DNA from: Raillietiella orientalis
Taxonomy: Eukaryota
Assembly (NCBI GenBank): GCA_036172245.1
Contig: JAYWIR010000043.1
Coordinates: 1,612,001-1,676,000 of the forward strand
DNA length: 64,000 nucleotides
Direction of reading: 5' to 3'
Made by a program: the position numbers and the translations under genes
Part shown: in pieces, positions 39,451 to 52,224 of the stretch
How the letters are laid out: each line of letters opens with the position of its first letter
Numbering within the stretch: the first letter of the stretch is position 1
Notes under the pieces: generated by a model
Databases searched by the model: none
Told to the model about the DNA's origin: nothing
Seen by the model: the letters and a program-made list of their open reading frames with translations, nothing else

Positions 39451-39949
39451 GCGACATCCGAAGGTGCGAACGGAAATCGAGAAAGCAGATGCCGGCAGCT
39501 GAATCCAGGTGCGGGTCGCGCATAGGTACGGAAATAGCCGAAAACCACGCTGTCCCGGAAAAAAGAGCGACTCCTGAACGGACTGCTAATCGCAGGCAGT
39601 TACACGCTCCGGGAAAAAGAGCCGGTGCTCCCGGGAATTCTACGACGTGACAGCGACGCACCAACGCACGTGGCAACGACGCTTCGCAAGAAGTGTCCGC
39701 GTAAAGAAGGAAAAGGGGAGTGCGCATCAATACAGAATGAGGGGATTTGGCTTCACGTTGAGCAACTGTACTCACCTTCGGAAGACCACCGCTGGATCCT
39801 CTGCTCCCAATGGACTGGGATGCGTGGCGGTAAGAAGCGGTCGATATCTGGGTCGCAACCCTGGAAAAGTGTCCGGATGAACTTTGTCCCTTGAGATCAT
39901 TCCTGAATTGTACCTTGGAAGGTGTCTTGTAGGTATGGACGAAGTGATC

Positions 39950-40760
39950 CCGCCTAGTCGTCAGTCGTCATACCCTTTGCCGCAGCGCTGTCCACAGCAA
40001 AAGTTGCCAATCGGCAGAGTGGGAGCTCCCCTCCACCACTGCAGAAGTGACGGAACTTTTCGGTGGCTGAAAGACTAGCGAGCTGGTGGACATTGCCGTT
40101 CCGCGTTGTCGGGACAGGGGACTTCTCCTCCAGCAGGAACTTTCGAGCGTGTTCCCTGAGGAACCAGTGGTCGCTCCTTTGTGTTTGGACGCTTCGGTGT
40201 TCCTTTTGAGGTAGAAGCAAGACATGGTGAGTGCAGTTATAGCACTGAGATTCCGAGTGCAACCGGTGCCGACACCTCGTCTTTCGGAGGATCGCATCCC
40301 CGAAATGTTCTAGGTGACGGAAGGATTCAATGGTCCTGCACCTGCCTTTGACCTCCTTGTCCTCGAGGACATCTGGCGGAGACTCGCTTCGGCGGTCCGC
40401 CACCGGGAGGACGTCTCCATGGACTTTGCTGCTGCGGTTCTTCGTCTGCGGCGAAAGTCTCGATACTGATGCAGCAGATAGCGACGAGATGCTGCGTCCG
40501 CGCTGTCGTCACAGCCCCCCACGTCCTGTAGACTAAGGCGCAGCAGCGAATGGTGGCCACACGCATAGCAGACGCATGCATGAGGACGGCTGCGAGGTGG
40601 CCGCACCTGGGAGAAGTCGTAACCGGGACTGCCACAGTCAATGCCAGCTCTAGAAGGAAGGAGAGGTCCAAACCAAAGATCCCTGCCCTGCCCTGCCTTC
40701 CTTTTATTTATTTATGTGCCGTTCCTTTCCTCCTGTTTCGGACTCCGTGACCGACCTGCG
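39950..40760 (+). mobile_element. L1/Tx1 3' end (zinc finger + 3' UTR)
   Basis: QL*H*DSECNRCRHLVFRRIASPKCSR*...LHL...LEDIWRRLA aligns with LLLH*GYPCNQLRHL...LEDTWRRLA of the 50 kb copy; ttttatttattt tract at ~40702-40713. Confidence 0.75.
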
Positions 40761-41389
40761 TGTACCTGATCCCTTCCCGCGAACTTCTTGTTGCTTCCCT
40801 TTGGGTCGGGGCTCCCAATTTAGTTCTTTGTTTTATGTTTATGGAGCAAACTCCCTGGCGTGACTGGATGGGGGCGCTCGCAGTAGAAATGAGCCCGTTG
40901 ATCGAGACGATCCCCATGAAAAAAAGCCTGGAAAAACTCTGTGGCGAATGTAGATGACTCACCTGCAGGCGATTTTCCAGGAACCACGCTTCCTATAGGA
41001 AGCGGTAGTCCAACAAGAAATTGTCTTACCGGGTTTAGAACGCAGACACGAGCACGCTCCTCTCCGGAATGGAGTGCGGACGCGAGAAGCAATCGAGCTG
41101 CCCTTCCAGCGGACTGTTCCCGAAAGTCCCAGGGAGGGACGCGATGCGCAGAAGAACTGCGTTGAGCAAAGCAAGTCTCTCCAACGCATCTCTGGAGTGA
41201 GTCTGAGCGGTCCATCCTCTTCCTTCACAGTCTTCAGGGGGTGAGGAAACCAAAAGTACGGACAAAGAGAATGGCTGTGCTGAGACTGGGAACTCCAGTG
41301 CCGCGCCAAGTCCGTCCGAGTCTCGAATATAGATTCCTCCACCTGGAAAGGGACAATGAGGAAACAAAGATAATGGAAGGGTTAGCCAA

Positions 41390-41690
41390 CTCGCACGTGG
41401 TCCAGCTGCCCATATGGAACACGAAAGCCTGTGGAATCATGCTCAAAGGAGGCTCTCTATCGCGGAGTCCCTGAGGAATTTCGACCTTGTACTCCTGCAG
41501 GAGATGCAGAGTCTCTACGCATATGGCTGGCGAGATTTATCATCCGGTCACTCCGGGTTGTTTATTCGCAAAAACGAAGCGAATCGGGAACGCAGTTCCC
41601 TAGGGAAACGAGTCCAGCGGAAGAGTCGACCAACAGGCAGGTTGGTCGCTCTAAAAGTCCGGGACGGGAGGGAACCAACATTAAATTGCA
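41390..41690 (+). mobile_element. LINE APE endonuclease N-terminal remnant
   Basis: IWNTK.C, RRLSIAESLRNFDLVLLQE, SGLFIRKN, TGRLVALKV. Confidence 0.72.
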
Positions 41691-41699
41691 ATTAAAATT

Positions 41700-42330
41700 T
41701 TAGAATACCACCATACCACGCAATCTAATATCTATTACTAAACATACTTCTTATACTAACATAGCGGTTGAACAAAAACAAAAATAGAAAAAAATAGACT
41801 GCAAGTGGGTCTCTGGTTTCCGCCGTTCCTTCGTTGTAGAACCGGAGCTGAATTCCTGAGACCTCCTTGGCTCCCTCTTTCACATGCGGCCCATTGAATC
41901 CTTCCGTCACCTAGAACATTTCGGGGATGCGATCCTCCGAAAGACGAGGTGTCGGCACCGGTTGCACTCGGAATCTCAGTGCTATAACTGCACCCACCAT
42001 GTCTTGCTTCTACCTCAAAAGGAACACCGAAGCGTCCAAACACAAAGGAGCGACCACTGGTTCCTCAGGGAACACGCTCGAAAGTCCCTGCTGGAGGAGA
42101 AGTCCCCTGTCCCGACAACGCGGAACGGCAATGTCCACCAGCTCGCTCGTCTTTCAGCCGCCGAGGAGTTTCGTCACTTCCGCAGTGGTGCAGAGATCCC
42201 TTCATCCCTTCGGTAGGCAGCTGCACTCGCTTGCTCTCGGGCAGACAGAGCTGCATCAAGGGATGTGGCAGCAGGGTCTACCACTTTGCCGTGCCTTGCA
42301 TCACCACTTCTTAAGGTCGCGGTAGGAAGT
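41700..42330 (-). mobile_element. L1/Tx1 3' end; contains an inverted copy of 40034-40333
   Basis: 41891-42190 is the reverse complement of 40034-40333 (8 mismatches by my count); T-rich tail on the minus strand at ~41770-41795. Confidence 0.72.
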
Positions 42331-42379
42331 ATCTCAAGGGACAAAGCTTCGCCGGGAGCATTACTTGGTTTGCAATTCA

Positions 42380-43600
42380 GGTCGTGACACAGGCGGCCGT
42401 TGAGGAACACGCGCAGAAGTGTTTCTTTACACATACTTGCGGGATGGCATTCCTCCTCAAGACACATGAGGTACGCAACCTGTGGTCTAGCATCCGTGTT
42501 GACAAGAACGTCCGGATAGGCTGGCTGGTGCTCAGGTGTTCTCGATCGAACATTCACGCACCTTGCAACTCTATCGAAAGAGGGAGGGGTTTCTGGAATC
42601 ACTCCAGTGGACTGCTTGCAATCGACGTTCTCGGGGACGGATCAGCGAACAGCACGCCCTCAGATGAGGCACGGCTTTCGGTCCTGCGACCGCAAGTCAA
42701 CGGGTCGTGCACAGCGATGTGCCACCGCGAACCCATCGACAGACAAATCCGGGACTTTCAACCCCATCGGTCGCGTGTTCCCTGAGGAACTAGTGCTCGC
42801 CAGCGTCCACAGGCGGGACGGCGACCGCGGATGCGGTTTGCCTTGTCGGATCATCCCAGAATCGAGCTGCAGCCGGGTGCTTCTGGACAGGACCCCGAGA
42901 CGAAGGTTTGGTGCATGCTTGAAGGCTGGATCAGGCGTCAGGAACCACGGGAGGAACTTCGAACCTTCCTGACTGGCTACTGCATCCACAGGATGAGGGA
43001 CAGGGATCGCATTAAAAGATTTCGTACATCTCTTACGAGAGTGATGACCTTCGCATCTACTCCTACTAATGGCAGGCTTTGCAAGAGGGTAGGAGCACAG
43101 GGAAGTCTATTTATAAGCGCCCCCTCTCAGAAAACAGCCTGATCTCAGGCGCATTTTCAAATGAGCTGTCTCAGAGGAGAGGCTGATTGGACAATCGGAT
43201 GCAGCAGTCCCAGAAAAGAGAGCTGGCTGTAGCAGGCAACTTTCAAGAGGCTATCGACCGTGCCGACTGGGAGCTCTATCCCAATCTGCTGAAACGATCT
43301 GACCCTCCAGTGAGCTAACTGTGCCTTGTAAAACAGGATAAAAATTGTCATCTCTTTCAAGGACTACCTATCCGATGGCATCAAGGTCAGACTAGGAACG
43401 ACACAAATACTCTCCAGCCTGCTCTTCAAACATGTGCTGAACGTGTACCGGCATACGCTGATCTGTCTCCCGCCGAACTGGAATTACATGCTCCTCCTGC
43501 TGCCATTCTCACTTCTGAGGCCTTACCTGAGGCATTTTTTATTTTTTCGAGTTATGGGGTGTCGGAGTTCAGGTCCGAAGTCGAAAACCCTGGCAATCGG
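42380..43600 (+). mobile_element. Telescoped L1/Tx1 ORF2 remnant (APE + RT)
   Basis: FLLKTH, NIHAP...RGFW, IGRVF, LSDHPRIEL (APE); then LAVAGNFQEAIDR, IVISF...GIKVRLG, LSSLLF..VLNVYRHTL, colinear with the RT of the 4.6 kb copy. Confidence 0.7.
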
Positions 43601-46600
43601 TTCTTGGCTGGATGAGTGTCGGTCCTTTCACTTTTGGTGTTCCCGTGGATTGGTTCCTTACACACTAGGGGACACCCGCGGGTCGTTCCCCTCGAGGAGA
43701 GCCTTGGATCCATCCAGATGACGGAGACGACAGCGCGCCCTCGCTCCTTTGCTCAACAGCCAGCGTTCGCTTCCCAAGAGGGCAGCAGAATCAAACATCT
43801 TTCGTCGCACCCCATTGCTGCCCCTTCTTTTTTTGTTCACCATGGAGACCATTGGCTGTGTCGCCGCGTTTGAAGCTCCTTTTCTCCTCCCTAGTCTTGT
43901 CCATAGAGAAGGTGTTGAGGTAGTCCTTTTGGTTCCGAGCCGCACATGCCCGTCCATCTCCAGATGTATAAACTTTACCTATTTATTTTAAAATGAACGG
44001 CAATTCTCTGAGAGAAGCTGAGATAAGGCAGCCATGTGCAACCCAAACTTTTGACCGGAACGCCGAGCGGCGCCGGCATTTCGACGCGGAGGTCTCTGCG
44101 AGCGCGTTTCTCCAGGAGCGGGAGGTCACGACACATTCCTCAGAGCTTCCCTCTCCTCCTCCCGATTCTCGAGGTCTTCGTCACGGTTCTGTCGCTGCGG
44201 TCTCGTACTACTCCCGTTTTTCTTCCGGTGTCCGTGCTCACCACACGGGCATGCGGTGTCCGAAGGGGCTCTTCAGATGCTGTGGGCCTTAAGGCTCTGA
44301 GGAACATGCTGACTCACCTTGCCGGAAGGACGCCTTTTCCTCCATTCCTGGCAAAAGGAAGGCATGTGACCCCATCGCCTTGGAAGAGGAAGACCGGATT
44401 CGAGATCATCGCCCGATCCCTCCTGCCTTCGCTTGCGACTACTGTCACCGACGAAAGAGCCCTAGAGAGGGTTCTGCAAAAGTGAGTCTTCTGGAGACTT
44501 GAAAACCAAACCCGGGTTCCAGATAACCTTCTTGGTTTTCAAGTCATTCCTTCCAAGGATCACAAAACCAAGTAACGGCAGCGGCTTCTTCCAGAACTCC
44601 CCCCTCCCAATCTGTTTTGCTTGGGGAGCTGGAGGTTTTCGTTGGCCTTCCCTCCCTTGAATTGGACTTCCGGGAGAGGAGAGACCCGAACGATGTGATA
44701 AGCCTCCCATCCGACCTCCGCATGTGTTCAGTGAAGACTCGACACATGTTGGGCCGGAAGAGGAAGCTGACACATGAAATGGCTTGCGCCTGCTGCGTCA
44801 CGTGCTGTCCACCCAGTTTTCGGCTGCACTCCCGTGCCGACCTTGAGGGCCGTCTGCGAACACCGCCGTGACGGTTCCTTTTATAAACGGGAGCTGCCGC
44901 ATGTCTCCACGGTTTTCAGCCACCGGGAGCGCTCATGCCGGTTGTACGCAGCTGTCCGCATCCTTTATCTTTTTCCACTAGCTGGATCTCCAGTCGTGGC
45001 TCGCAACCCCATTCCGAGAGCCTAGTGTGGCCTCAACTCGTGGACCTTTCTTTCTGAGCACGTTTCGTCAGAAATCCTCCCTCTCCTTCCTACTCCCTTC
45101 TTTTTCCAGGAACGATGTGCCCACATGAACTGGAGCGGAAGGTCCATCCTCTTCGAGGACTCCTCCGTAAAAGTCTTCCATCGTCCTTGACTTATGCGCA
45201 GGACCATGGGCTGGCTTCTGCTCGGGTCGTCTGGACCTGAGGGGTATGGATCCACCCCTTCTAATCAGAGGGATGGATGCTGGCAGCGGTATGTGGCTTT
45301 CGGTTCATCCACTCCAGAGGCTCTTTTCTCTTACACTTCCTACTGCTCCTCCGAGAATTCCCTCCCCACCCACTCTTCCTCATTCGCCCCAGAACCTTCA
45401 GAAATTGAAAGATGAAGTTCTTCCTTGACAAAAAAGGAAAACAGCATCCTCTTTCAGACCCTCCTGCTGGAGCCAGGGCAGCGAGAAGAAAAACTGTTCC
45501 GCAAGAGGAGCAGCAGACAAGAAACTCTTAGGACGGCATTCCTCTGACCATCCCAGCTGCCAGACACACAACACCTTCTTCGCCAGAGAGCGTTTTCCAG
45601 CTCTCTTTATTCACTGATAGCGAAGCTCGAGACCATGAACGGAAAGATGGACCGACTAAGGAACATGTTGTTTCCTTTCGTGTTTGACCTTCTGACCTGC
45701 CCCTCGTCCCATCATGGAAGGGTTGTGCCAGCAGCCACATCCTTGGGTAACGATGCTCCGTGAGAGGCAATGGCGATGGAAGGATCCTTCCGGGATTCCA
45801 GATCTTCGAAGGGTTTTCTTTTCTCGTAGCGCTTCGATAGCAACGCGAGATGCGGAACGAAGAGAGAGGAATCCAGGATACAAGAGGTTCAGGACCCGTA
45901 AGGAGGGCTTCAGAGAGCACTCCTCACCATCTCATCGCCTTGGCCGTCAACGTTCGCCACAGTCGAGATGAGCAGTGTGCCAGAGTCGTCCCTGGAAACG
46001 AGGCACTAAATTTACAGGAGGAAGAGCTCTGCAACCAGAGACCGAAGTTGCTTGGGCGCGGAGGGATCGCGCGCAAAAAGTAAGCGAATCTGGCTATTCC
46101 AGCGCCGTAACCAGTAGACTGCAGAACTGTCGGTCTTTAACAGTTTCCTGAGGTTTTCCAGCATTGCGACTCCCTGAAACTTCCTCTTGGAGGAAGTTTC
46201 AGAGCGTTCCTTCTAAATCCTGTTGCCGCTTCAGAGCCAATGACAGGTCCAAACCCTAGGGATTTGGAAGAATTTGGGACACTGTTCCTATCGATCACTT
46301 TTTCTCCTTTTTCCTCGAACCTCACTCCACCCCACCCACCTTATCTCCGCCGGAATACACTGCGACGCTCTCAAGCGGAAGAAAACTCCCTGCTTTTGTA
46401 GAAAAGCTGGAATGGATTGTCCCTGGCTGGAAGATGCGCAATGGGAATCTTGAGGTCAACACGAACACCAATCGGATTTTCGCTCTCCGCGAGTCCTGAG
46501 GCATCCCTTAGCCCGAACAAGGGCACCTCTGTAGCATTCGGGAACATTCACAGCTTTCCTGCATCCTTAGAGGGACGTAGACGGCGGCCTCGGTTCTCGG

Positions 46601-46979
46601 CTGCTCCCAGGAGCCCTCTGGAGACCCTGGAGGGCTGATGACCTGAGACTACTATATGAGATTCACTTACCAACGATCGCCCGTTTCCGTGGATCCGTTC
46701 AGATTTGCAGGACGCTGCCGAACCGAGCTCATGGACGAAGAGTGGCGTTGCTTTGGGATTCTCAGCAAGAGGGCGACGGAAAGAGAAAGAGGGGAAAGTA
46801 CGAGGTCTCGTAGATGTCAGCACCCTTTAGGAACTTGGTCGTGCCCTCGTCGAGGGAAGTGGAAGCGAGCAAAGACTTTTTCCTCTAAAGAATGGACTGC
46901 TCCATAGGAAATCTCTGTACCGGCGTAATGCTTGAACACGGAAGCATGGAAAGGATGCAGAGACTACTATAACCGTTTC

Positions 46980-47130
46980 CTTCTTGTGTGATCATAGCCA
47001 CGGGGAACGCTCAGAGGCGCGCCGCTGACTGGACATCGAAAAGTTCGCGGACTCTTGGCAACCACGGCTGAGGATATCACCATCGTACTGTATTGGGAGA
47101 CTGAAGCGGAAGGCAGCATTTCAAGATGGT
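46980..47130 (+). mobile_element. Possible APE N-terminal remnant
   Basis: IATGNAQ...DITIVLYWETE (IATWNV...LQET like). Confidence 0.3.
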
Positions 47131-48880
47131 TGCCTACTCTGCTCACGGAGTGGATGCAAGAAGAGAGGGAAGAAGAGTTTCCCTCCTCCTTCCATCTCAC
47201 CTACTATTCCTCCCTTCCGAAGGAAACACCGCCGACACGCTCCGGATCGAGAGCAGCTCGAGACACCCAAGAGACACCTCGATGCGGCGGTTCCGCGATC
47301 AGCTGCAGCAGCTGACGTCCCTGGTGCCCCGCGAGACCACTCTCGCCGCTGCCTCTGAGCTCACTCTTGAAGGTCTTCACCCTTACCCTTTCCGATTCTG
47401 GAGTGCGTCCCCTCCGCCTCCCTTACGAATTCGAATCACAGGACTCGCGCTCCCACCTCCGCCGCCGACGTGCTTCCCCTCGACGGTGCCATCTCCTCTC
47501 CCCTTCCTCTTCCTGTTCCGAAGGTTCTCGACCTGGCGCTCAGAGAGCGCAAGCCCAAGCTCTCGAGGCGGACGGCCAGCCGCCGCCGTTCGGCAGTCAT
47601 ACGAAAGTTGTCCCAGGAGAATCGTGAGCGGGTCTCTCACTGGAGCAGGGGACACAGCTTCCGAATGAAAATGAGGCCCTCAGATCATTTTCGGGAACAG
47701 TCATCCATCCGGAAACGGATACACGCCGTCAGGATTCAAAAAACAGAGTTCCTTTGTCGTCTGCTTGCCTTCCCCTTTTCTCCTTTCCTTCTCCTCCCCC
47801 CTCTTCACTTTCCAGAGGATTCCCTAAGTCACACTGAGTAGGTCTTCTTGGCTCGCGGAGAAAATCCCTACGAAGCTCAGCATTCATCCACCATTCTCAT
47901 TTCCAAGGCGGCTCCCCAAAAAGGAGAAATCCCTCTCCCGCCAGCCCGGCAACGTGCGTGAGAGTATGCTGCGTCCCTTCATCTTCCGCTGGTCTTACGG
48001 ATCAACATCATCCCGTGAGCAGGATGAAGACATCCCTCTCTCTTTCTTGTCGTTGTAGTTGTTGTTGTGTCTTGTGTTCTCCCTTCTTTTTTTTCTCCTT
48101 TGCGCACTGGGATTCTGGGATTTCAGGAAACAGTCTCCTGTGAAGACCCAGACTTGCCTTGAAAAATCTAATCATTCCTTATTGGGACTCCCAACGGAGT
48201 TCTGTTTTGGTAAGCTTATCACATCATCTGCGTCTGGTCTCCCCTATATGATGCGGGCTCCAGCAATATTTTTGGTTGCGAAAGCAAGGATCTGCTATGA
48301 GAAGGAATGCTCTCTTGCCTATCTGTATCTGCCTCAGACAGATCAACTTCAGGCAGGTGTGTGAGGACCAAAGAGGGGATAAAAATGGACAGGAAGACAG
48401 ATAGAGAGGCTGGCAGATTGTTGACTGGTGAAGATGGGAGTCAGATTCTTTCGGTCTGGGCACTTTCCGTTTTGCTAGATGATGCTGTGTGGACCGCGTC
48501 GTCGCAAACGCCCAGGGACGAACCTGGAGCGGATCACTGATGAATCAACGCCTTCTCCTGGAGGAACCCCTTTGATGATCTTTGTGGAAGCTCATCAAAT
48601 CCGTCGCGGTCGGAAAACAGTCGCGCGCGCTCTGGATCCACCTCTCAGGGACATAACACGCCGGATTCTCCGTCCGATCGCGGCTTCGTCCTCTTCTGGT
48701 GCCACCTGCCCGCCTCCTCGTGGTTAGGGATGCGAAGCATCCGTGACATCGGAGACAGACGAAAGATCCGGACAACGAAAGCAGTTGAAGCGCTTATCTC
48801 TTCCTCCCAACTCAGGAGGATGGATTTTGTTTTCGAATGCTCTTCGGCAATGGAACCTGATGTTCGAGCTTCTACTTGGG

Positions 48881-48895
48881 TTAGGTTAGGTTAGG
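48881..48895 (+). repeat. (TTAGG)3
   Basis: ttaggttaggttagg; TTAGG is the common arthropod telomeric repeat. Confidence 0.6.
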
Positions 48896-49889
48896 AAAGT
48901 TTTTTTTTTTTTTCTCGCAGGATTGCTGTCTCTCGAGGCCCTTAGGGAGGACCTCCTGTTTTACTTCTGGAGGTGCATCATTACAGGAGATAAAAGAGGA
49001 AGAGATTCGGAGGTGCATGCGCGAATGGACGGGGTGTGCCAACCGTGCCCCATACGTCAGCATGAAACTGGGAAAGTCGCTTCCTTCCTGAAAGTTTTTC
49101 TTTCCGGTTCAGTTCATCCCAGAATCGAAATCTGCCCCTCTCAGACTTCCAGACTTTCCAGGATGTGACTCTCAGGTCTCAAGAGGACTCCCGGAAACAG
49201 GATTCATATCTCTGAAGGATCTGTTGAGATACTCTCTGAGATCGCTTCAGGTGCCCCGATAGACCGGCTCTTCTGAACCTGGTTGACCTTCCCTTCGAGA
49301 CACGTGCTCTACAAGAATACGTGGTGTCTTCGCCGAAGACCCTATTCCAGAGATTCACTCACGGTGCTGCAGAGGTGGATCGCTCGAAGGTCAAGAACGA
49401 CTGAGCTCCCCTAGAGTGACCTAATCGACGATCCCTTGCAGTTTCTTCTGCGGCCAATTGCTTCCTGAAACCATCTCTGCCTACGTTTTTCCTTCCTCTA
49501 CTCTTGTGCTTCCAGGATCACAAAGGCCTGTCTGTCACCTGCTTTGACTGCTTGCTTCCTTCCTCCGGCAAGGGGCCAGATTACTGGGTATTCCCGGAGG
49601 CGGCCTTGTTTCATTTTCCATCTTCTCTCTTACTGCGTGCATTACCTGCCTACGCAAGAAGAGATTCCAGACGTTTCTCATTCAGGAGTTCCTGATGAAG
49701 TTCGCAGAATGGCTTGCGATCATGGAACCAGATCCTTTTTTTTTTTTTCCAGAAGCGTCGGGGGAGGTGGGTTTTTACTTGGTGACGCCGGGAGTTTATT
49801 CAAAAATGTCCCACAGCTCAGAGGAGGACGGCGTCTTCTGATTACAAGAGATACCAAAAAAAACTCAGAAGTCCATTGGAGATGAGTTT

Positions 49890-51285
49890 AGGCACGAACA
49901 CCGGCTTTCAGAAAGTAGGAAACGGTGGGAGGGGACAACAAATAAATAAAAAAGACAGGAGGATAGGGAAAGAAGTCTTTGGTTTCATTCGTTCTTTTCT
50001 TTTTAGAAGTGGCTGTGTATGGACGAGACCTCACTGATAACTCTTCTGAAAGATGAGACCAACTTGCAGCCGTACTCATGAAGGCGGCTGCCATGCTGGT
50101 AGCCTCCCTCCGCTGCGAGACTCCGACAAATGGCGGGCTGTCACCATGGCGCAGTTGCAGCAGATGGCTGCGATCACTGCACCCGTCTTTAGCTCGCCTT
50201 GAGTATACGGAGAAGTGCCTCAGAAAGTCCGAAGCGCAAGGAGAGATAAAGGGATCCTTCAGTCGACGAAGGGCCAAAGCGAGTCTCCGCCACGTGTCCT
50301 CCAGGGCACTGCAGTTTAGCAGGAGGTGAGGCAACGGCTCCATCGTCTTGTACCCTGAAACAGTTCGGGGTGGCAACTCATCTGGAAAACAGGTGCCTGA
50401 GCTGGTTGCACGGGTATCCTCAGTGCAGAAGCAGCATGACATTCCGTTTTGAATAGAGCGGCAACACGGAGGTACCCGCCGCACACAGGGAAGAGGAGGG
50501 TAAGGAAAAGAAGAAATGGAAATTTCCCTTTTTGTATTTGACCTACGGGAGCGCGGTCTGCCGTCTTCTTACCTGCGCACCGGAACTCTGCCACGCCCCA
50601 GCAAGGCGGTTGAAGTCTTCGAAAGAGAATCTCTGAGCGGGAGCGACGCGCAGGAAACGCTCCTCTTGACGAACAGCACGAGGCGAATATCTCGCGAACA
50701 AGAACGAACCCACGAGAAAACTCCGAGGAAGTGGAAACAGACGTCCGCCTGCCGACAGATTCATTCAAAAGTGTGGGGTGCCCTCAACGAAGTCTAGGTC
50801 AAACCCCGATCCTGCAGTGCGGCGTTGATCCCACGAACGCCGAGAGAACTCTGGACTTGTTGTGACGCCTCCTGTGGTCGCTGCAGCTTTCGCTCAAACG
50901 CTGATGATGAGACGTTGCATCGAACACACAGCACGGACGTATGTTGACCAGATGATACGTCCAGCGTTTTATATCCTGGCAATGTCATGCACCATCCATG
51001 CGCTTCATGTGATCTGCATGCACATATGTGAAGGATCTGGAGCTCCCTTAGGGAATGCACCGTTTCCAGAATCCCACGTTGCTAAGCAACCTATCCTCAA
51101 CTCTCAGACCGATCCCTGAAAGAAGTTGTGGCCCCAGGTTCTTCGAATACGATCAGCGTTCCTATGGAAAGTGTTCCATTCCTCCCGTTCCCTCCCTATC
51201 GGCGAGCTCCCACATCACGCAAGAGCCTTCTGGCTTTCGAAGCGAAGTAAGGAAGGAAGAGGAGCAACCCACTCTCTACCGCAGC
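49890..51285 (-). mobile_element. 5'-truncated L1/Tx1 copy (YADD region to 3' UTR), degraded
   Basis: AAVESGLLLFLP (cf. SAYADDLLLLLP), IIWSTYV (cf. AVWNTFA), SLRAPH, LLLH*GYPCNQLRHL..ATPNC, EPLPHLLLNC..LEDTWRRLA, T-rich 3' UTR at ~49940-49955. Confidence 0.75.
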
Positions 51286-51289
51286 TGTC

Positions 51290-52224
51290 TTGAGAATGTC
51301 CACGATCTCGGCATACTTGTCTTGTAGGGCTCGTTGCCGCTCAGGCCCACGCCCACTTCCAGCTCCGCATACACGTCGCGGACTATCTTCCAGGTCTCTT
51401 TACCGCTGTCGGAAGTGGAGCGTCTCTTCCTGTCGGGGCGAGCAGGGGCGGGGTGCATCTTCGGTTTCCTGCTGCCTTCGGGGCCGCCACCGTCAGGGTA
51501 CGAAACCTCTTCCTGGTTCCCTGCGGGAGGAGCGTGGAACCACAGCTGCAGGTCGGCGCCTGGCAACCATTAGGACGAGTGCGAGGAGCAGCAGCACGAT
51601 GATGGCGGTGAACATTCCTACGACGGCTTCTTTGCGCAGACTTTCGGCCTATGACACTCACAGACGACTGCCCACCTGGAAACTTCCCTCCGTTGTCCTG
51701 TGGGGTGAAGCGGTAGGCCAACTTGCTGGTCATGGTCATTGTGTTCCCTCTCTCGTTAGGAGCATTCTCCACGATCCTCCCGCACACCCCATCCTTGTCG
51801 GTGAGTGGGATGGCTCCGGGGTCGCTCCATAGAATCCAAGTCAGAGAGACAGCAAGTCGGCTCTCCCTTGCCTTGCAAATCACGCTGACCAACTGGTTGC
51901 TCCGGGGGACGACGTTATCCTCTGGGATGATGCCGAACCAGATGGGAGGTTTTGCTACGACGACAGAGATCTCGTTGGACTTGTCGACGCTTCCGTTGAC
52001 GTCTTTAGTGACGGGGGATCGTATCCAAGTACCATGGTGCCTGCCTCTGAGCTTTTCGATCCTATTGTTGCAGGAGTTGTCCGAGGTCTCGACCTGCTGG
52101 TTCTGTTGTCTCGCTGACCACTATTCTGTCGTCATTGGTAATTCACTGGCACACTATCACTTTGGTGACTGTGGAGCAGTTCAAGGTGAGGTTTGCCTGA
52201 CCTTGAACAGCAGCAGACGCGTAT
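51290..52224 (-). pseudogene. Processed pseudogene of a Fasciclin-3-like immunoglobulin cell-adhesion protein
   Basis: Ig1: NLTLNC....VCQ*(W)...DNSCNNRIE....HHGTW...EISVVVAKPP. Ig2: VSVICKARESR.AVSLTW...TSKLAYRFTPQDNG. TM: AVVGMFTAIIVLLLLALVLMVARRR (~51630-51555). Cytoplasmic VYAELE (~51371) and YAEIV (~51315). No introns; stop codon and frameshifts. Confidence 0.7.

Noticed and set aside
48881..48895. (TTAGG)3 as a telomere or telomeric-retroelement target
   Set aside because: Only three units, interstitial, with no SART/TRAS-like element recognised next to it.
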